Below, piece after piece: positions 52,031 to 64,000 of a stretch of DNA of 64,000 bases. This DNA is from Camelus ferus. Lineage: Eukaryota. The notes under the pieces are model-generated. The model was not told the origin of the DNA, did no database searches, and saw only the letters and a program-made list of their open reading frames with translations. Each line of letters begins with the position of its first letter. Position 1 is the first letter of the stretch. A program made the position numbers and the translations under genes. Location of the stretch: assembly GCF_009834535.1 (NCBI RefSeq), contig NC_045707.1, positions 53,942,001 through 54,006,000 on the forward strand, written 5' to 3'.

Positions 52031-54479
52031 TTAGACAATCATCTGCTGCACTGGAGGAAAATTGGAATTCTTAGAGAGAGAAGTCTGCAGTAACTGCTCA
52101 CCGGTGTTATCCACACACGGAAAATCATATTAACACGATAACACTAGAAATACCACTGAGTAACCAACAGAGTGCTTACTTTTCCAGTGCTTTATATTTA
52201 CTCATTAAATCCTCACAAAAAACCTTTGAGGCAGGTACTATAATTATTCTGTTTTGCAGATGAGAGAATATCTAGATTAAATAATAAAATGGGCTTCAGG
52301 TATCAAATGAGCTGTAGAAGCTTTTTCTGGACGGCGCTGAAATAACAATGAACTCTACAGCCTCTGCCATCTGTTCCAAATCTCATTCATATGTTAGCAT
52401 GTTTAGTTAAAGCTGTGAGCAAATTAGAGCATTAAGTAAATACTGCAGAGGTAATATACTTATTAGGAAATTTGCATAATCTAGATTAATGATGATATGA
52501 GAAAGAAACACCTAGGATCAACAGATAAGAAAGGAAAGCTAGGCTGAAGAGTAGGGGCTTTGTTGTGTCTGCATGAGGGAGTCATGTAGTGGACGCAGTG
52601 TTCAGGTGCTCTCAGTGGTGAACACATGATGTCTCTGCCTGCGTCATTACAGAACTTTGTGACTATGCTGCACTCTTCTGATGGTGCACAACTTATGCTG
52701 CAACAAAATTATCAAATGCATTTGCTATCTCCTCAGGGAAGAGTAACAGGCCCATACCACCTGCCACATTAACCTTTCCTTGTTTTTCGTATTAAAGTTT
52801 TGGCCTCCTGTTCACTTTTCCTTTCCTTATTGCTCATAAACATTCAATCTCCATAGGCTTTGCTGAAATTTGCAAATTTTTTGCAGAGCTGCAATCCCAG
52901 TTGGTGTCTCACTCGCTTTTTACCCTCCTTATCTCAGATATACAAGTCACCATCTGCTGTTTAAAATTGCATGGTTGCCAGCATAAACTGTTAGAGGTAT
53001 GCTAGAAAGATTCAAATCTGTTATTACCCTACAGAGGAAAAAAAAAAAAACCTGTTTTAAATATTCGTAGAAGTTGCTTTATATGAAATGCTTGACTTAC
53101 TTCCATTTGAGGAAATTTTAAAAGGACTAGGATTGAGAAACACTGATAATATGACCTACAGGCATCCAGCCTAGAAATAAGTACCTCACTGAAAGATGTG
53201 TTGTTATTGTTGGTATAAAGCTCTGAAGTCACACAATAGAAGGAACGCTGTAAGTTTGGTTTTATTATTTTTTTGTGTGTTTATAATTCTAATCAAAGTA
53301 GTTCTTCTTGTTTCATGTAACATCCTATTGTTAGGTTCATTACTATTTCTACAGAGCAGCCTCCACTTAAGTTCTTTGTTAATAACTAGAGACAACCAGT
53401 TAGCCTAGTAAGTGCTTTGAATTTGTAATCTTTAATAAGAGGATGCTCCTCTGACAAAGCTTTGCAGCGTCTGGATACAAGGGCTATTCCTGCCAACTTG
53501 ATTTGACTACTGGACTGCAATCGAAGAGAATGTCTTTCTTAGGAACCTGGAATACATGAGATCACACCTCTGTCACTAGAGCTGCATAACATTTATCAAC
53601 TGATGCTAGAGTATAGAAGTGATCATTATAGATAGCTTGTCTTATATAAGATCATTTGAGATTTAGGACCCAAATTACTTGTTACCAAAGATTAAATAGG
53701 TGATTTCCATTTTTAAAACATATTCGGGAGAAAGCTATCCATCTGAGAAGCAGAGGAAGACAGGGTACCTCTACCTTCCACCTTACAGACTCCTTGGCAA
53801 AGTCAGTCTTCAGCCAAGAAAATAAGTATCTTCCTAAAGCAGCATCCCAGTGCCCAAAGTCAGTTACCAAATCACTTCCTTTCTCTGCATTAGTAACTGA
53901 AAGGCTTCTGATAAGCACTTTCAAGAAAAATAATAAAATCTCATTAAAAGAAGGGAAGTCAGTGTCATCAGGGAATCTTCTGGAGTCTAACATGGTTGAG
54001 GCACTTGAGAGCAGAAATGAAAAACAAAGTTACACAACATAAAACACTAAATGTCTAGAAGGCATTTACCATTTAAGCATGCCGTTTTGGAGGCTGGGAC
54101 AGTGATGAAAGTAAGTTGATTGAAAGGAATCTGTAATTGAGATCTTGGCATGTTTGAATCTGTGTAATTTAAAGACTAAGAGTGTGGGGGGGGGGGGACC
54201 TAGACTTAGAGCATGACTGCCTGGCCCAAGCCCAGGGCAGTGCTGCACAATTTAGGGTGCTCACTGGTCCAGATCTCCTGAATCTGTTTCATGGTGGCTC
54301 TGCTTCCCATCTTCTCTCACAAACAGGAAATTGAGAGGCACAAGATTTGCTTATCTGTACAATTTTGCTGGAAGTGTACTGAGACTTATCCAGCTGTGCT
54401 CCCTTGGAGAGTTTAAAACTTTACTCCTAGGGCAGAAGAAAAGAAAAATAGCATTCTGAGGTTCTCCACTGTGGCACAA

Positions 54480-55110
54480 AGTAAATGCTCACAATTTCTA
54501 TTGAATGAATGAATAAATATGCCAGAAAGAGTGATGGGGATGGAGTCCTGATTAGTGAGTTAAAGGAAGAATAGAAAGAAGGGATGGGGAGACAGCAAAG
54601 GAGGCAACACCGCTGAAGAGTTTTGCTATAAAAGGAATAAAAGAAATGGAATAGGAACTTCAGAGGAAAGTAAGGTGAACTGGATTTCATTTTAAAAATT
54701 GTTTATTTTTTAGGTGGATATACTCCAGCATGTTTGTGTTTGGATAGGAATGCTTCAGCAGAGAGAGGAAAATTAATTGCGGAAAAGTGAGAGGGAGAAA
54801 GTACTAGAGCAGTGTCCTTCAGTGGGTGAGAAGTGCTGGCCATGAACAGAGAGGCTGGCTTTAGGTGAGAGCACTGGCTCATCCTCTGTCCATTGGTTAC
54901 AGGAAACTAAAGAATATATGGAAGCAAATGGATGCAGGCAAGTAGATGCTGGAGTATTAAAGAGCTCTCCTCTGATTCCTTCTGTTTTCCAAATGGAAAA
55001 AGAATGGATATCATCAGCACAGAATAAGACACAAGAGGTATTTCAGATTTAAGGAGAGGGAAAAGGGTATGAAATTATCTAGAAGGTAGGAGATTGAATG
55101 AACTGAAACA
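54480..55110 (-). mobile_element. L2 fragment
   Basis: agagttttgctataaaaggaa; actccagcatgtttgt; ctctcctctgatt.cttctgttttc. Confidence 0.7.
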
Positions 55111-57191
55111 TACTAAAATTGCCCAAAGACCATAACAAAATTATTGAATATTTCTTTAAAAGGTATTTTCTTACCTTCTCTATCCCCTAGATTTATTTAG
55201 AACTTGAAACTAGGTTTACAATGAAAAAATTTTACTCTGTAAGAAAACATCATATTTTCCCCAGTAGTGTTTCAAAGTTACATGTTCTCACAGAGCAATG
55301 TTGCTATAGACTTTCTCAATCATATTAATCTTTTATAAATACAACTGAATTGGTATATATAGTTACTCAGTGTTACTGTTCCTACCAAGGAGTGGCTATT
55401 CTCAAAACCTGGACTTTATAAGTCACCATATAAAGCAGTGAAATATTAGGCACACTTGAATTCAATCACACCAACTTTTAGTATTAAAGTATTACATTGT
55501 GTTATCACTTTGCAATTTTGAATGCTTATATTTTGATTTTACTATCTTTTTTGTGAATATGAAAGATAAAACTTCCAAAAATCCTAACAAGAAAAATAAA
55601 CTCTGGAAACAGTGAATATCTTGTGCTTTTAGGAATGAACTAAATTTCCTCAATATGTTTTCTTCAAAGTTTTATTTGCCTGTTCTTGAAACCTGGAAGG
55701 GGAAAAAGAAGTGGGGAATATGGCTAAAGAATATTTTACATGAGTAAATTTTTCTATCCAGTGAATTATTTTATGTACTGTTACATAAAGTATCAAATAT
55801 AAAAATGTTCTTATCTGCTTAAAATTGTTTTATGAAAATTTGGGGAACTATAAAAAGGTAAATATGGTAAACAAATCTCAGAGATAAAGAACCCAACAGT
55901 TAAAAATTAACACATTTCAGCCCCTGACTCCTGGCTTAATTTACTAATCTTTCTTTAGACTGAAATTGCTTCCTGTAATTTTTTTTTTTTTTTTGCGATT
56001 CTTTATGGTAGCAACCTTAATAGAGAATGTAATTATTATTTTCACTCGTGTGTGGAATGCACACAGGATTTATAATGAACTTTCATATGTTCAAAGCCAT
56101 TACCATTGTTAGTTACATATGATATACTCTTTCAGGAATGTTAATGCCTCAGTTGAGGAAACTGAGGCATAAAACTTGTTCAGGCAGTGAGCGGCAAAGA
56201 AAAAACTAACAGTTTAGTTTTGCAATCTTGATCCCAGAGAAAAATGAATTATGGGAGTTATTTTATCTCTTCTGATCTTTTATCCACTATTCAGTTTTTT
56301 TTTCCGCTAAGGCATTGAGATATTTTAGAAAATAGTCTTAGGACACATGCTGAGATTGTCCTATAAATACTCCTAAGAATTCCGGCCTCAGTACAGCCTG
56401 ACATGTATCCGTCAGGCACATGATGGGCTGACATGTGCTGAACGTGAGATGAGTAAGAGTTTACCTTAGTGCCCAGTTTCAGGGAGAGACTGAATATCCT
56501 CCTACTTCTGTGTCATTGTACCCCAGCAGTTACTGAATTTCCTCACTGGCAGAAATGGCAGTGGCCTAGTAAGGGACCTTGCACTGACTACCCTTACATA
56601 CAAGTTGAAGCCAAAGACATTCTCTTGGGGAGATAAGTGAGAATCAAAGAGCAACAGGGAGTCTTAGCAAGGAAAATGCTAGAAGCTAAATTCAAAAGAG
56701 TTTCGCATTGCACAGGAGAAGGTTGCAAAGCTAAGAGGAATGCCAGATGGGATAATGTCTTGGTTGCACATGAAGTAGAAGAAGGCAAAAGCACAAAGTG
56801 GTGGGAAATACGCATATATTCATTTAAATATTTGAGTGAGGAGGTGTATTAGAAGAGGAAATTCCCTGTAGGGATATTTTATTTGATCAGATTGATAAAT
56901 GTGTTATGTTGGGAAAATATAAAGGTAAACATTTATAACTTAGTCCAATCAAATGACTTTGACATGTGTAATGGAGTGTGGTTCATAAGATATATCTGTT
57001 CAGGTGTTTCCACTTGATGTAGAATTAATGATGATAACTTGATTATCTAATTCCAAAGGAAACACGCCTGGCATTATTAGACATTCACAAGATTTATTGC
57101 ATAGTATGTATTTTGATGTTTGAGGATCATTTTCTCAGAGCTTTCACTTTGAGAGAAGAATAAGGAACAGAAAGCATGGATTATTATCTCA

Positions 57192-57269
57192 GGTATAGGC
57201 TGAGTTGTCTTCCTCCAAAAGCCATCCAGTCTGTGGTATTTTGTTACGGCAGCCCTAGCAAACTAATAT
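57192..57269 (+). mobile_element. Internally deleted MLT1-type LTR (5' and 3' termini only)
   Basis: 5' end tataggctgagttgtcttcctccaaaa is joined directly to the 3' end aagccatccagtctgtggtattttgttacggcagccctagcaaactaata. Confidence 0.7.
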
Positions 57270-58039
57270 GATCTTCCAGTGGGCATTTAAGTTGATCCAT
57301 ATATTGCTAAATGACCAAGCGTTCAGAAGCAGAGTCTGGGGAAAGTAAGGAAACACAAATACACTATCAAGGGGGACTGCACCCCCTTGAGAGGAGAGGG
57401 AAAGGAAGAGATGCTAGAGACTTTATGGAAGAAGTGACATTTGGACCTTAGAGATACTCTGTTTTTCTATTTTCACAAGACAGAGCTGCCAAGTGCTATC
57501 ATTCAGGCAGCACTGTACACTGAGACCCAGTCTATTAAAACCCAAACCCACAAGTCCTCTCATTTTGGGAAAAAGGTGGTTCAAGTCATGGGACTCATCT
57601 CAAAGTCCAGCAGAAAATACTGGTCAGAACCCACTGGGTGACAGCAAATCTCCAAGGATAATCAGGACTCTTGACAGAACTATCTATTTGGGCCAAATGT
57701 CTTCAGTCAGTAGATGAGACACTGCTACATGACACAGTAATCATTGACATAGTTAAATTTTAAACTAGATTTAGCATATTCAATTTTATTTATCTGTACT
57801 AGACCCTACTGACAGGCGATATTTCTGTTTTAGCGAGGGTTCTCTCTGTTACCTCCTCCCAAATGGCTGAGGCAAAAAGAAGGTAATTTCTAGACTCATA
57901 TGACTAAGATCCAGGGGGCATGATGCCTGTCCAGGTGCAACTTGAGTTCAATCTCAAATGGCGTCTCAGGAGTTCATCCCTGTCCTCTGCTCCCTCTGGG
58001 GCTGCTCTTTTCTCAGTTGAAAGACAACACTCTTAACAA

Positions 58040-58372
58040 CTATACTTTTTAACAACCTACTGAGGTTTCTTTTTACAGTAAAATGCCCTTTTTAAAGGGT
58101 ATGATTTGATGCGCTTTGACACATGTACATATGTATGTTTATATAAAACCATCATCACAATCAAAATAGCAAACATGTTCATCACCCACAAAAGTACCCT
58201 CATGCCCCTTTATAATCTATCCCTCTCTTCACTCTCGTCCCTTTTGTCACAATTATAGGCAATCATTGATCTGCTCTTTGTTTTATAGATTACTCTGCAG
58301 TTTCTAGAATTTTATGTAAACAGATAATAGAGTATAGAGTACGTTCCCTTTTACTGCTTGACTCTTTCACCC
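58040..58372 (-). mobile_element. Old L1 (L1MB-type) 3' end
   Basis: aaaaccatcatcacaatcaaaatag.aaacat.ttcatcaccc...aggcaatcattgatctgct...ttctagaattttat.taaa. Confidence 0.8.
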
Positions 58373-58486
58373 AACGTACCACTCAGTTAACGGTACTTAG
58401 TATTCATTAACTTCAGATACTTTTGTTAAGAAAAGTAAATAAGTAAGTAAATGGATGAGTGAACGAATGAATAAAATCTCTAGTCT

Positions 58487-59144
58487 TGTTGCTGATAGAT
58501 ACAGGCAGCGTGCAAGTTCTTGTCCTGTCCCAGAAAGAATTCAGAGACAGGAGTGGGAGGCTACCGGAGTAAAGGGGGGGTTTGTTAAGGGATGGATAGT
58601 TCACTCTCAAGAGGACAGCGGGGCAGGCTCAGGTGAGCGGCTGCCCTGAGTTTCTTTGGCAAGTTGGTCACATAGAGTGTAAAAATGAGTGGGCGGAATA
58701 TTCATTGGAGAGGGAAGGGTTTGGAGTCATATTCCCTGATTTTCATCCCAACTCCACCTTCCTGAAAGGAGGAGGGAATTTTGACCTTGTTTAGTCTAGA
58801 TGGGAAGTGTTATGATGTCAGTGCATGATGGGTACTTCTGATCTGCAAGGCTGATTTTATTGGAAAGAGGGCATAATGAGCAAAAGATTACATTCAAACA
58901 CTGGAGAGTCTTGCCCTTTCCCACTTTTCTTTGTAGGGCCCTAGGCCTCTTGCCACCCCAAGAAGTGGGACCACTGATCAGCCCAGAGGTTCTTGCTTTT
59001 CTTTCTCTGCCCAGGGACCCCTGGTGCTGACATGGTGTATGGCTTCTTGTATTTGGCCTGTGCCCCTCTTTTCTGCCCAGTTCCTGCCATTTGGCCTGTG
59101 TCCCCCTTTCTCTGCTCATATCTAACTATCTGCCTGCTCTAACA
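58487..59144 (-). mobile_element. ERV1-class solo LTR
   Basis: TGTT...AACA inverted termini. 4-bp TSD GTCT at 58483-58486 and 59145-59148. GC-richer than the flanks. Confidence 0.85.
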
Positions 59145-59609
59145 GTCTTAGAAGCCTGTGATTCTCAATTAAAACAGTCCAGAAAGAAAATTGCATCACA
59201 GTATTTCCTAACTTGTGACAAAAATAAGAAACTAAATTTTGAAAATATCACTTTCAATTTCTTCACCAAACATTTTGTTTGCACTTCTATTTAAGTAGTT
59301 TATCCTACTTTCAAATTCTTTTCTTGGTCTTAAATAACAATATAAAATTCAAATCAAATTCAATATCAAACTCAAGTATCTGATTATGATTTTAGAAAAT
59401 GATATTCAATCAGGTTTTTTTTTCTTTTTTTCTCTTATAAAAAAATTAACACAAACTGAGTAGTTCATACAACTTCAAAGCAGCAGGATAGCAAAAGCAA
59501 GATAAATGCAAATTTATTTACTGTAAGAAGAAGAGCAATGTCATTAATTTAAAAAAATCTCTCATTTGATGTTAAAATTATCAATCATTATTATTCAGAT
59601 ACTGAAAGA

Positions 59610-60147
59610 TTGAATAGACAAATGGATAATATACAAAAATAAGATTATGACCCACAGTCTGCAGCAAAAAGCCCAGGAAACCAACCCATTCTCTGCAGTA
59701 ACCAGCTCAGGAAGCCGGCCTGCTATCTGTGAGTCAGACTTCTAGGGAGTCAGACCACCATCTCTAGTAACAGTCTAGGAAGCTAAACAATAGCCCCTTA
59801 ACAATTGGTCTCAAATGGTCAGGACTTGATTAATAGCTGAGAGCTTGCCTAATTTTGTCTCCACTTGCAACTTAAGACCAGCGAGAGAAACCCAGTTACA
59901 CATCCGTAACCAGTCACATAGGGTGTCCAGCGTCTAGGGAGCCCGCCTGCAGCTTCCTCATGCCCAAGGCTGTTTCAATCAAGGCATGAGCCTTCTCTTT
60001 GCTATAAAACTTTCCCACTCCTCTCTCTGATTCTGAGTCTCTGCCAAAATACAAGTGATGGTGGCCGATTCTTGTGCTATAGCACGTTCTGAACAACGAC
60101 CCTTTGTTTGTTCTTACATAAACTTTTTGGGTAAAAGAGCCAAACAA
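59610..60147 (+). mobile_element. Old ERV LTR (MER89/MER90/MER110-like)
   Basis: Repeated cagcccaggaa/ccag..caggaagc motifs, caggacttgattaata.ctga, TATA-like CTATAAAA near 60002. Subfamily uncertain. Confidence 0.7.
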
Positions 60148-60765
60148 ATGGTGAACTCCTTAAAACTAGTGGCTGTTTCTGTGAGTTTACTTCCAATAGC
60201 TGAGTCTCTTAAACCATAAGCACTCAATATATGTAGCTATTGAACAATTTATTTACAATCCTAAACTTCTATCACCTTTACTCATTTATTTGTGGAGATA
60301 ATGTGGATAGCATAGGGCATTTTCAGTGATGAGCAATAACTGAGGTGTGTGAACATGTTCAGTTTGGCATAAATTGAAAACATACCAATGATTATTCTCT
60401 AAAGACAGAAAATAGCTGCAACATTTTGTTAAAGTACAAAGCATGGAAGTAATTGGTGAGGAATTATGTGTGTCACATATGCATTCAGTCCACTGAGACT
60501 AAAGTTCACCCACAAAGTCAAACAGACAAACTACATTTTTAGCTTAACTTGGTTCAGGAAATGACTGTAGAACGATAGGTTTATCAGATAAAGCACTTTA
60601 AATTGAGTTCTTTGACATATAAGTTGATATGATGCTTGACTTCTTAGGTTCAAGACTAAAGTTTTAATTCCAAATTGTATTTTTCTCATTGTTACTAAAG
60701 GGGTTTACATTCATTTTTTTTCCATTTAAATATAATTTTTAAGTCTTTTACCCAGTAGAGTTGAT

Positions 60766-60916
60766 TTTTTGTATGAACTCATGAAACCGTCACCGTAATC
60801 TAAGCCAAAAACATATCCACCACCTCCAAGACTTTCCTCTTGCCCTTTTTATTTATTTGTTATTTTTATTTTTGTTGACTAAAAACATTTAATGTAAGAC
60901 TCACCCTCTGAGCACT
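60766..60916 (-). mobile_element. Short L1MA-type 3'UTR fragment flanked by a 12-bp direct repeat
   Basis: gaaaccgtcaccgtaatc...acatatccaccacctc..aaacatttaatgtaagactcaccctc. Flanked by AGTAGAGTTGAT at 60754-60765 and 60917-60928. Confidence 0.7.
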
Positions 60917-61445
60917 AGTAGAGTTGATATTATTTAAAGTATCATCAAGCATTCATATAAATAGTTCAGTAGTTTAAAAGCTGGTTTATACCTAAGGTAA
61001 ACTGATTAAAATTGTATTAGCAGCTTATTCATTAATATTAATATTAGAGTCTTATTTGACACAATAGAAAAAAACAGTATAACACCAGTCTAGATTCCAG
61101 CTCTGTCTTTGTCTTAACTGCCTGAGATGGGGATAAGTGGACAGCATCATTATAAAATGAATTGGCTAGATGATATCTAAGATTTCTCTATGTTCTTGCA
61201 CTAGTATTTTTAAATGATTTGAGAATTTGCTTCAAATCATACTGTTCTTGATATGAATATCATCATAACTGGAAAGGACTGAATATTGAGCAAGTGGATT
61301 TAAACAGTCAACACTGGATTAGTTAGCATCTGATTAACTAGGTTGTAAATTTTACACACCCTGATCTTTTCTCTATCTGCCTGGCATTTCATAATGTTTC
61401 TCTTTCGAAGGCTGCCTTTGTCACTTCAAATGCCTCAGTCGAGAG

Positions 61446-61918
61446 CTGCACTAACTGGTATGGGAACCAGTAGCCACATGTGGCTATTCACCACTTGAAA
61501 TGCAGCTAGTGCTACTGAAAGCTGAAATGTTTGTTTTAATTAATTTAAATTTAAATATTTCTACTCAATTCAGTTATTGGAAAACTATTGGAATGACTTA
61601 GGTATGTGAATCTACTTTTTCAACTGTAAATTTTATAACATCTAAATATAGAACACATACTTCTGATAAAAATTTAATGTCTAAATTGAGATGGTCTGTA
61701 AGTGAAAGAAAAAGTCCCAGATTCAAAGTCTTAGTATAAAAAATGTAAAATATCTCATCAGTAGTTCTATATTGATTGTATTTAGAAAGGATACTACTTG
61801 GCACATATTGAGCTAAATATCAAAATTGAGTTCACTTGTTTTTTTTTACTTTTAATGGAAATACTGAAATATTTTAAAATGTTTAGTTAGCTTGAATTCT
61901 ATTTCTGAGACACCGCTG
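61446..61918 (+). mobile_element. hAT-Charlie element (Charlie1b/MER33/MER3 group)
   Basis: tagccacatgtggctatt...cacttgaaatg..gctagtg..actga; aaaatgtaaaatatctcat; ends ...atttct..gaca.cgctg. Confidence 0.85.
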
Positions 61919-63299
61919 GTGCAACATATTCAAGGTTCTTCCTCAACTCTCTCTGGATAGTTGATTTGCCTTTTCTAGGTTCAGTCTGCTATCACTTTGC
62001 AAATCCTAGAGCACTCCCACGAACCTATCCAACTCCTGGCATTTCCCCTAATCTCTCTCCTTTAGTCTTCATTAAAGTAAACTCAAAATCCATCACTGTA
62101 CCTATAAAATCCTCTTTTATTCCTTTTGTATTAGTTAAGGCTCTGTTTATAAGTTCTGTAAAGCAACTTAAGCTATCATAAGTGGAAGAGAGTTGGATAT
62201 TAGAGAGATACTAAGATGTTCTGCAGAATAGAAACTCATTTTCTTTTATCAAATGAATAATGATAAATAGGTGAATTAATGAACGCATTAAGAGTTATTA
62301 ATAGTGGAGACGTTGATGTTTGAGTAAATCAAAATAATTGTCTTTTAAATTTCAGTTTTTCTTGCTGCTTTGTTCTCATTTTGGTAAATAATAAGAACAA
62401 TTAAGGGGATTAAAAGGTAAACCAGATAATCATAAGCTAGTAATTTATTATTCATTTAACTGTTACCTGATTAGATAGGGCCCAGATAGTAATTACAATG
62501 CTTATTTATTTATAGATTCTTCTCAGAAATATGTTTGACTACAAGAAAGTGACTCAGTCATTTAAACTCAGTTCAAGGCTTAGGTGAACAAGGCTTTTAA
62601 TAAATGCTTTTTATTATAATGCTAATATTTTAGAATTACTAGCTCCCTTTTATCAAACAAACCTCTGAAAGCAGCAACTTTAATAACTGCCTTTAAAAAT
62701 TAGGCTCTGGTTAAAAAAAAAAAATAAGATGCCCGTAATTCCTAGGAAATAAACCACTTAGGAATTTTAGGATAATATTATTTGTTTAGTTATTTCATTC
62801 AACAAATATTTACCATATGCCACCTGTGTGAGGCAAAACTCTAAGAGAAGATAGACATAAATAAAACACAATCCTTCATCTTGAGGGCTAAGAGTTTAGA
62901 GACTAGAATGAGTTATTGCGTACTTGGGGGAATTATAAAAACAAAAATATGTATTTTCTTATGTGTTGTATTTTTCTACAAACTCAAAGAATCTCCTTTC
63001 TCCATATCGATTAGGTACTGAGTCCCTCAGAAGTCCAAATACTCTAAACACTAGCTGACTGCAAAATCCTTACCCTAGTAAGGGAAAATCCTTTGTTATA
63101 GGCCCACTGCTGGAGGAATAAAGCTGGTTGCTGCCAGAAGGGCAGAAAAAGAGGTTAGGCTTCGAGGTAAGGGATGAAAATGTTTCTACCCTGTGAGCTA
63201 AAATCCACAAGAGGGAGAGAATAGAGGAGTCAAAACATCATTTCACAACATGGTGGCATCTGAATAGGATTAGCTCCATCCACCCCACAGCAATTGTGC

Positions 63300-63720
63300 A
63301 GATTCTAGGGAGAAGGTTGGGGAAGTGGGTAGGAGAAGCAGGGGACAAACCAAGAGGTGGGGTGAGCATTTCCCCCTCCCCGCCCTTATGTGTACGCGGG
63401 GACTCAAGTGAGCTTCCTGCCTGGCACAAGAGCTGGTGGGATGGCGCCTGACATTTCTGAGTTAGAAAAATGAAGCCATGGACGGTGCTAACATCTGAGG
63501 CTGAGAAGAAAACTCATATTGTCGCAGGCTGACAACCAAGGCTGATGCTCAGCCAGTAGGCATTGGTATGGGCTGTTAATAAACAGCTGAATAACTAGCG
63601 GCTGTGCCAAGCCCACAGAGCTTACTTTCCCCTGCTTCAGCGACCCTGGTTCACGTCCCACTTCTCTGGAATCCTTGGACTTTTCTCTAGCCGGCAACTG
63701 AAGAGATAATCCTTGGCACA
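63300..63720. promoter_or_regulatory. Candidate regulatory element (GC/CpG-enriched unique sequence)
   Basis: GC box CCCTCCCCGCCC near 63373-63385 and several retained CpGs. No repeat recognised. Confidence 0.3.
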
Positions 63721-64000
63721 TCAGGAGCCCCAGGACCCCACTCCAGTTTTAAGCAGTCATCCTTTGATGGATCTGTGCACATCCATTCATGGTGTTAGTA
63801 TTGTGACATCTGCCCTGTTTATAACCCATCAAATTTACCAAAAATTGTGTTACCAAAAAACTTTAGACAATTTGGAAAAAAAAAAGTCTACTACTTTATT
63901 ATTGAAATACGTGAAACAGTATAGATTACTTCCTTCATTTTGAACACTGTCTGCTCAAAAACTCTTTTCCTTTTTCCCCTTGTGTTGAACTGACATTGAA

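Noticed and set aside
53682..54042. Overlapping 103-aa and 82-aa ORFs
   Set aside because: No recognisable homology or convincing splice context. Lengths are compatible with chance.
54186..54197. G12 homopolymer
   Set aside because: A simple run with no supporting context. Length may be sequencing-dependent.
60327..60345. C/D box snoRNA-like motifs (GTGATGA ... CTGA)
   Set aside because: The boxes are only ~7 nt apart, with no guide region or terminal stem.
1..64000. CRISPR array, operon or other prokaryote-like novel system; scattered AP-1 (TGAGTCA) sites
   Set aside because: The sequence is mammalian, with no regularly spaced repeats or gene-dense ORFs. The AP-1 heptamers are dispersed rather than clustered and cannot be distinguished from chance.

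Overview
AT-rich, CpG-depleted, repeat-dense mammalian genomic DNA, either intergenic or deep inside an intron. I could not support any intact protein-coding gene. Almost all ORFs in the track are chance ORFs or decayed L1 ORF2 frames. The only clearly gene-derived sequence is a 5'-truncated, disabled RPL32 processed pseudogene (~29587-29894) inserted in an L2 element. The rest is a layered transposon record. Ancient pan-mammalian elements include L2, MIR, L3/CR1, MER20, MER63, Charlie-type hAT and MLT1/MLT2. Younger insertions with readable target-site duplications (TSDs) include a tRNA-Ala-derived SINE, short L1 3' ends and ERV1-type solo LTRs. The SINE type, and the absence of recognisable Alu, B1/B2, BovB, PRE-1 or Can-SINE, suggest a camelid genome (inference). 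Repeat family names are recalled from consensus sequences, not searched. I found no convincing novel biological system. The best secondary leads are a perfect 41-bp palindrome with a template-switch signature, a SINE with intact Pol III promoter and terminator, two CpG-enriched non-repeat patches with splice or promoter-like signals, and several atypical retro-insertions.
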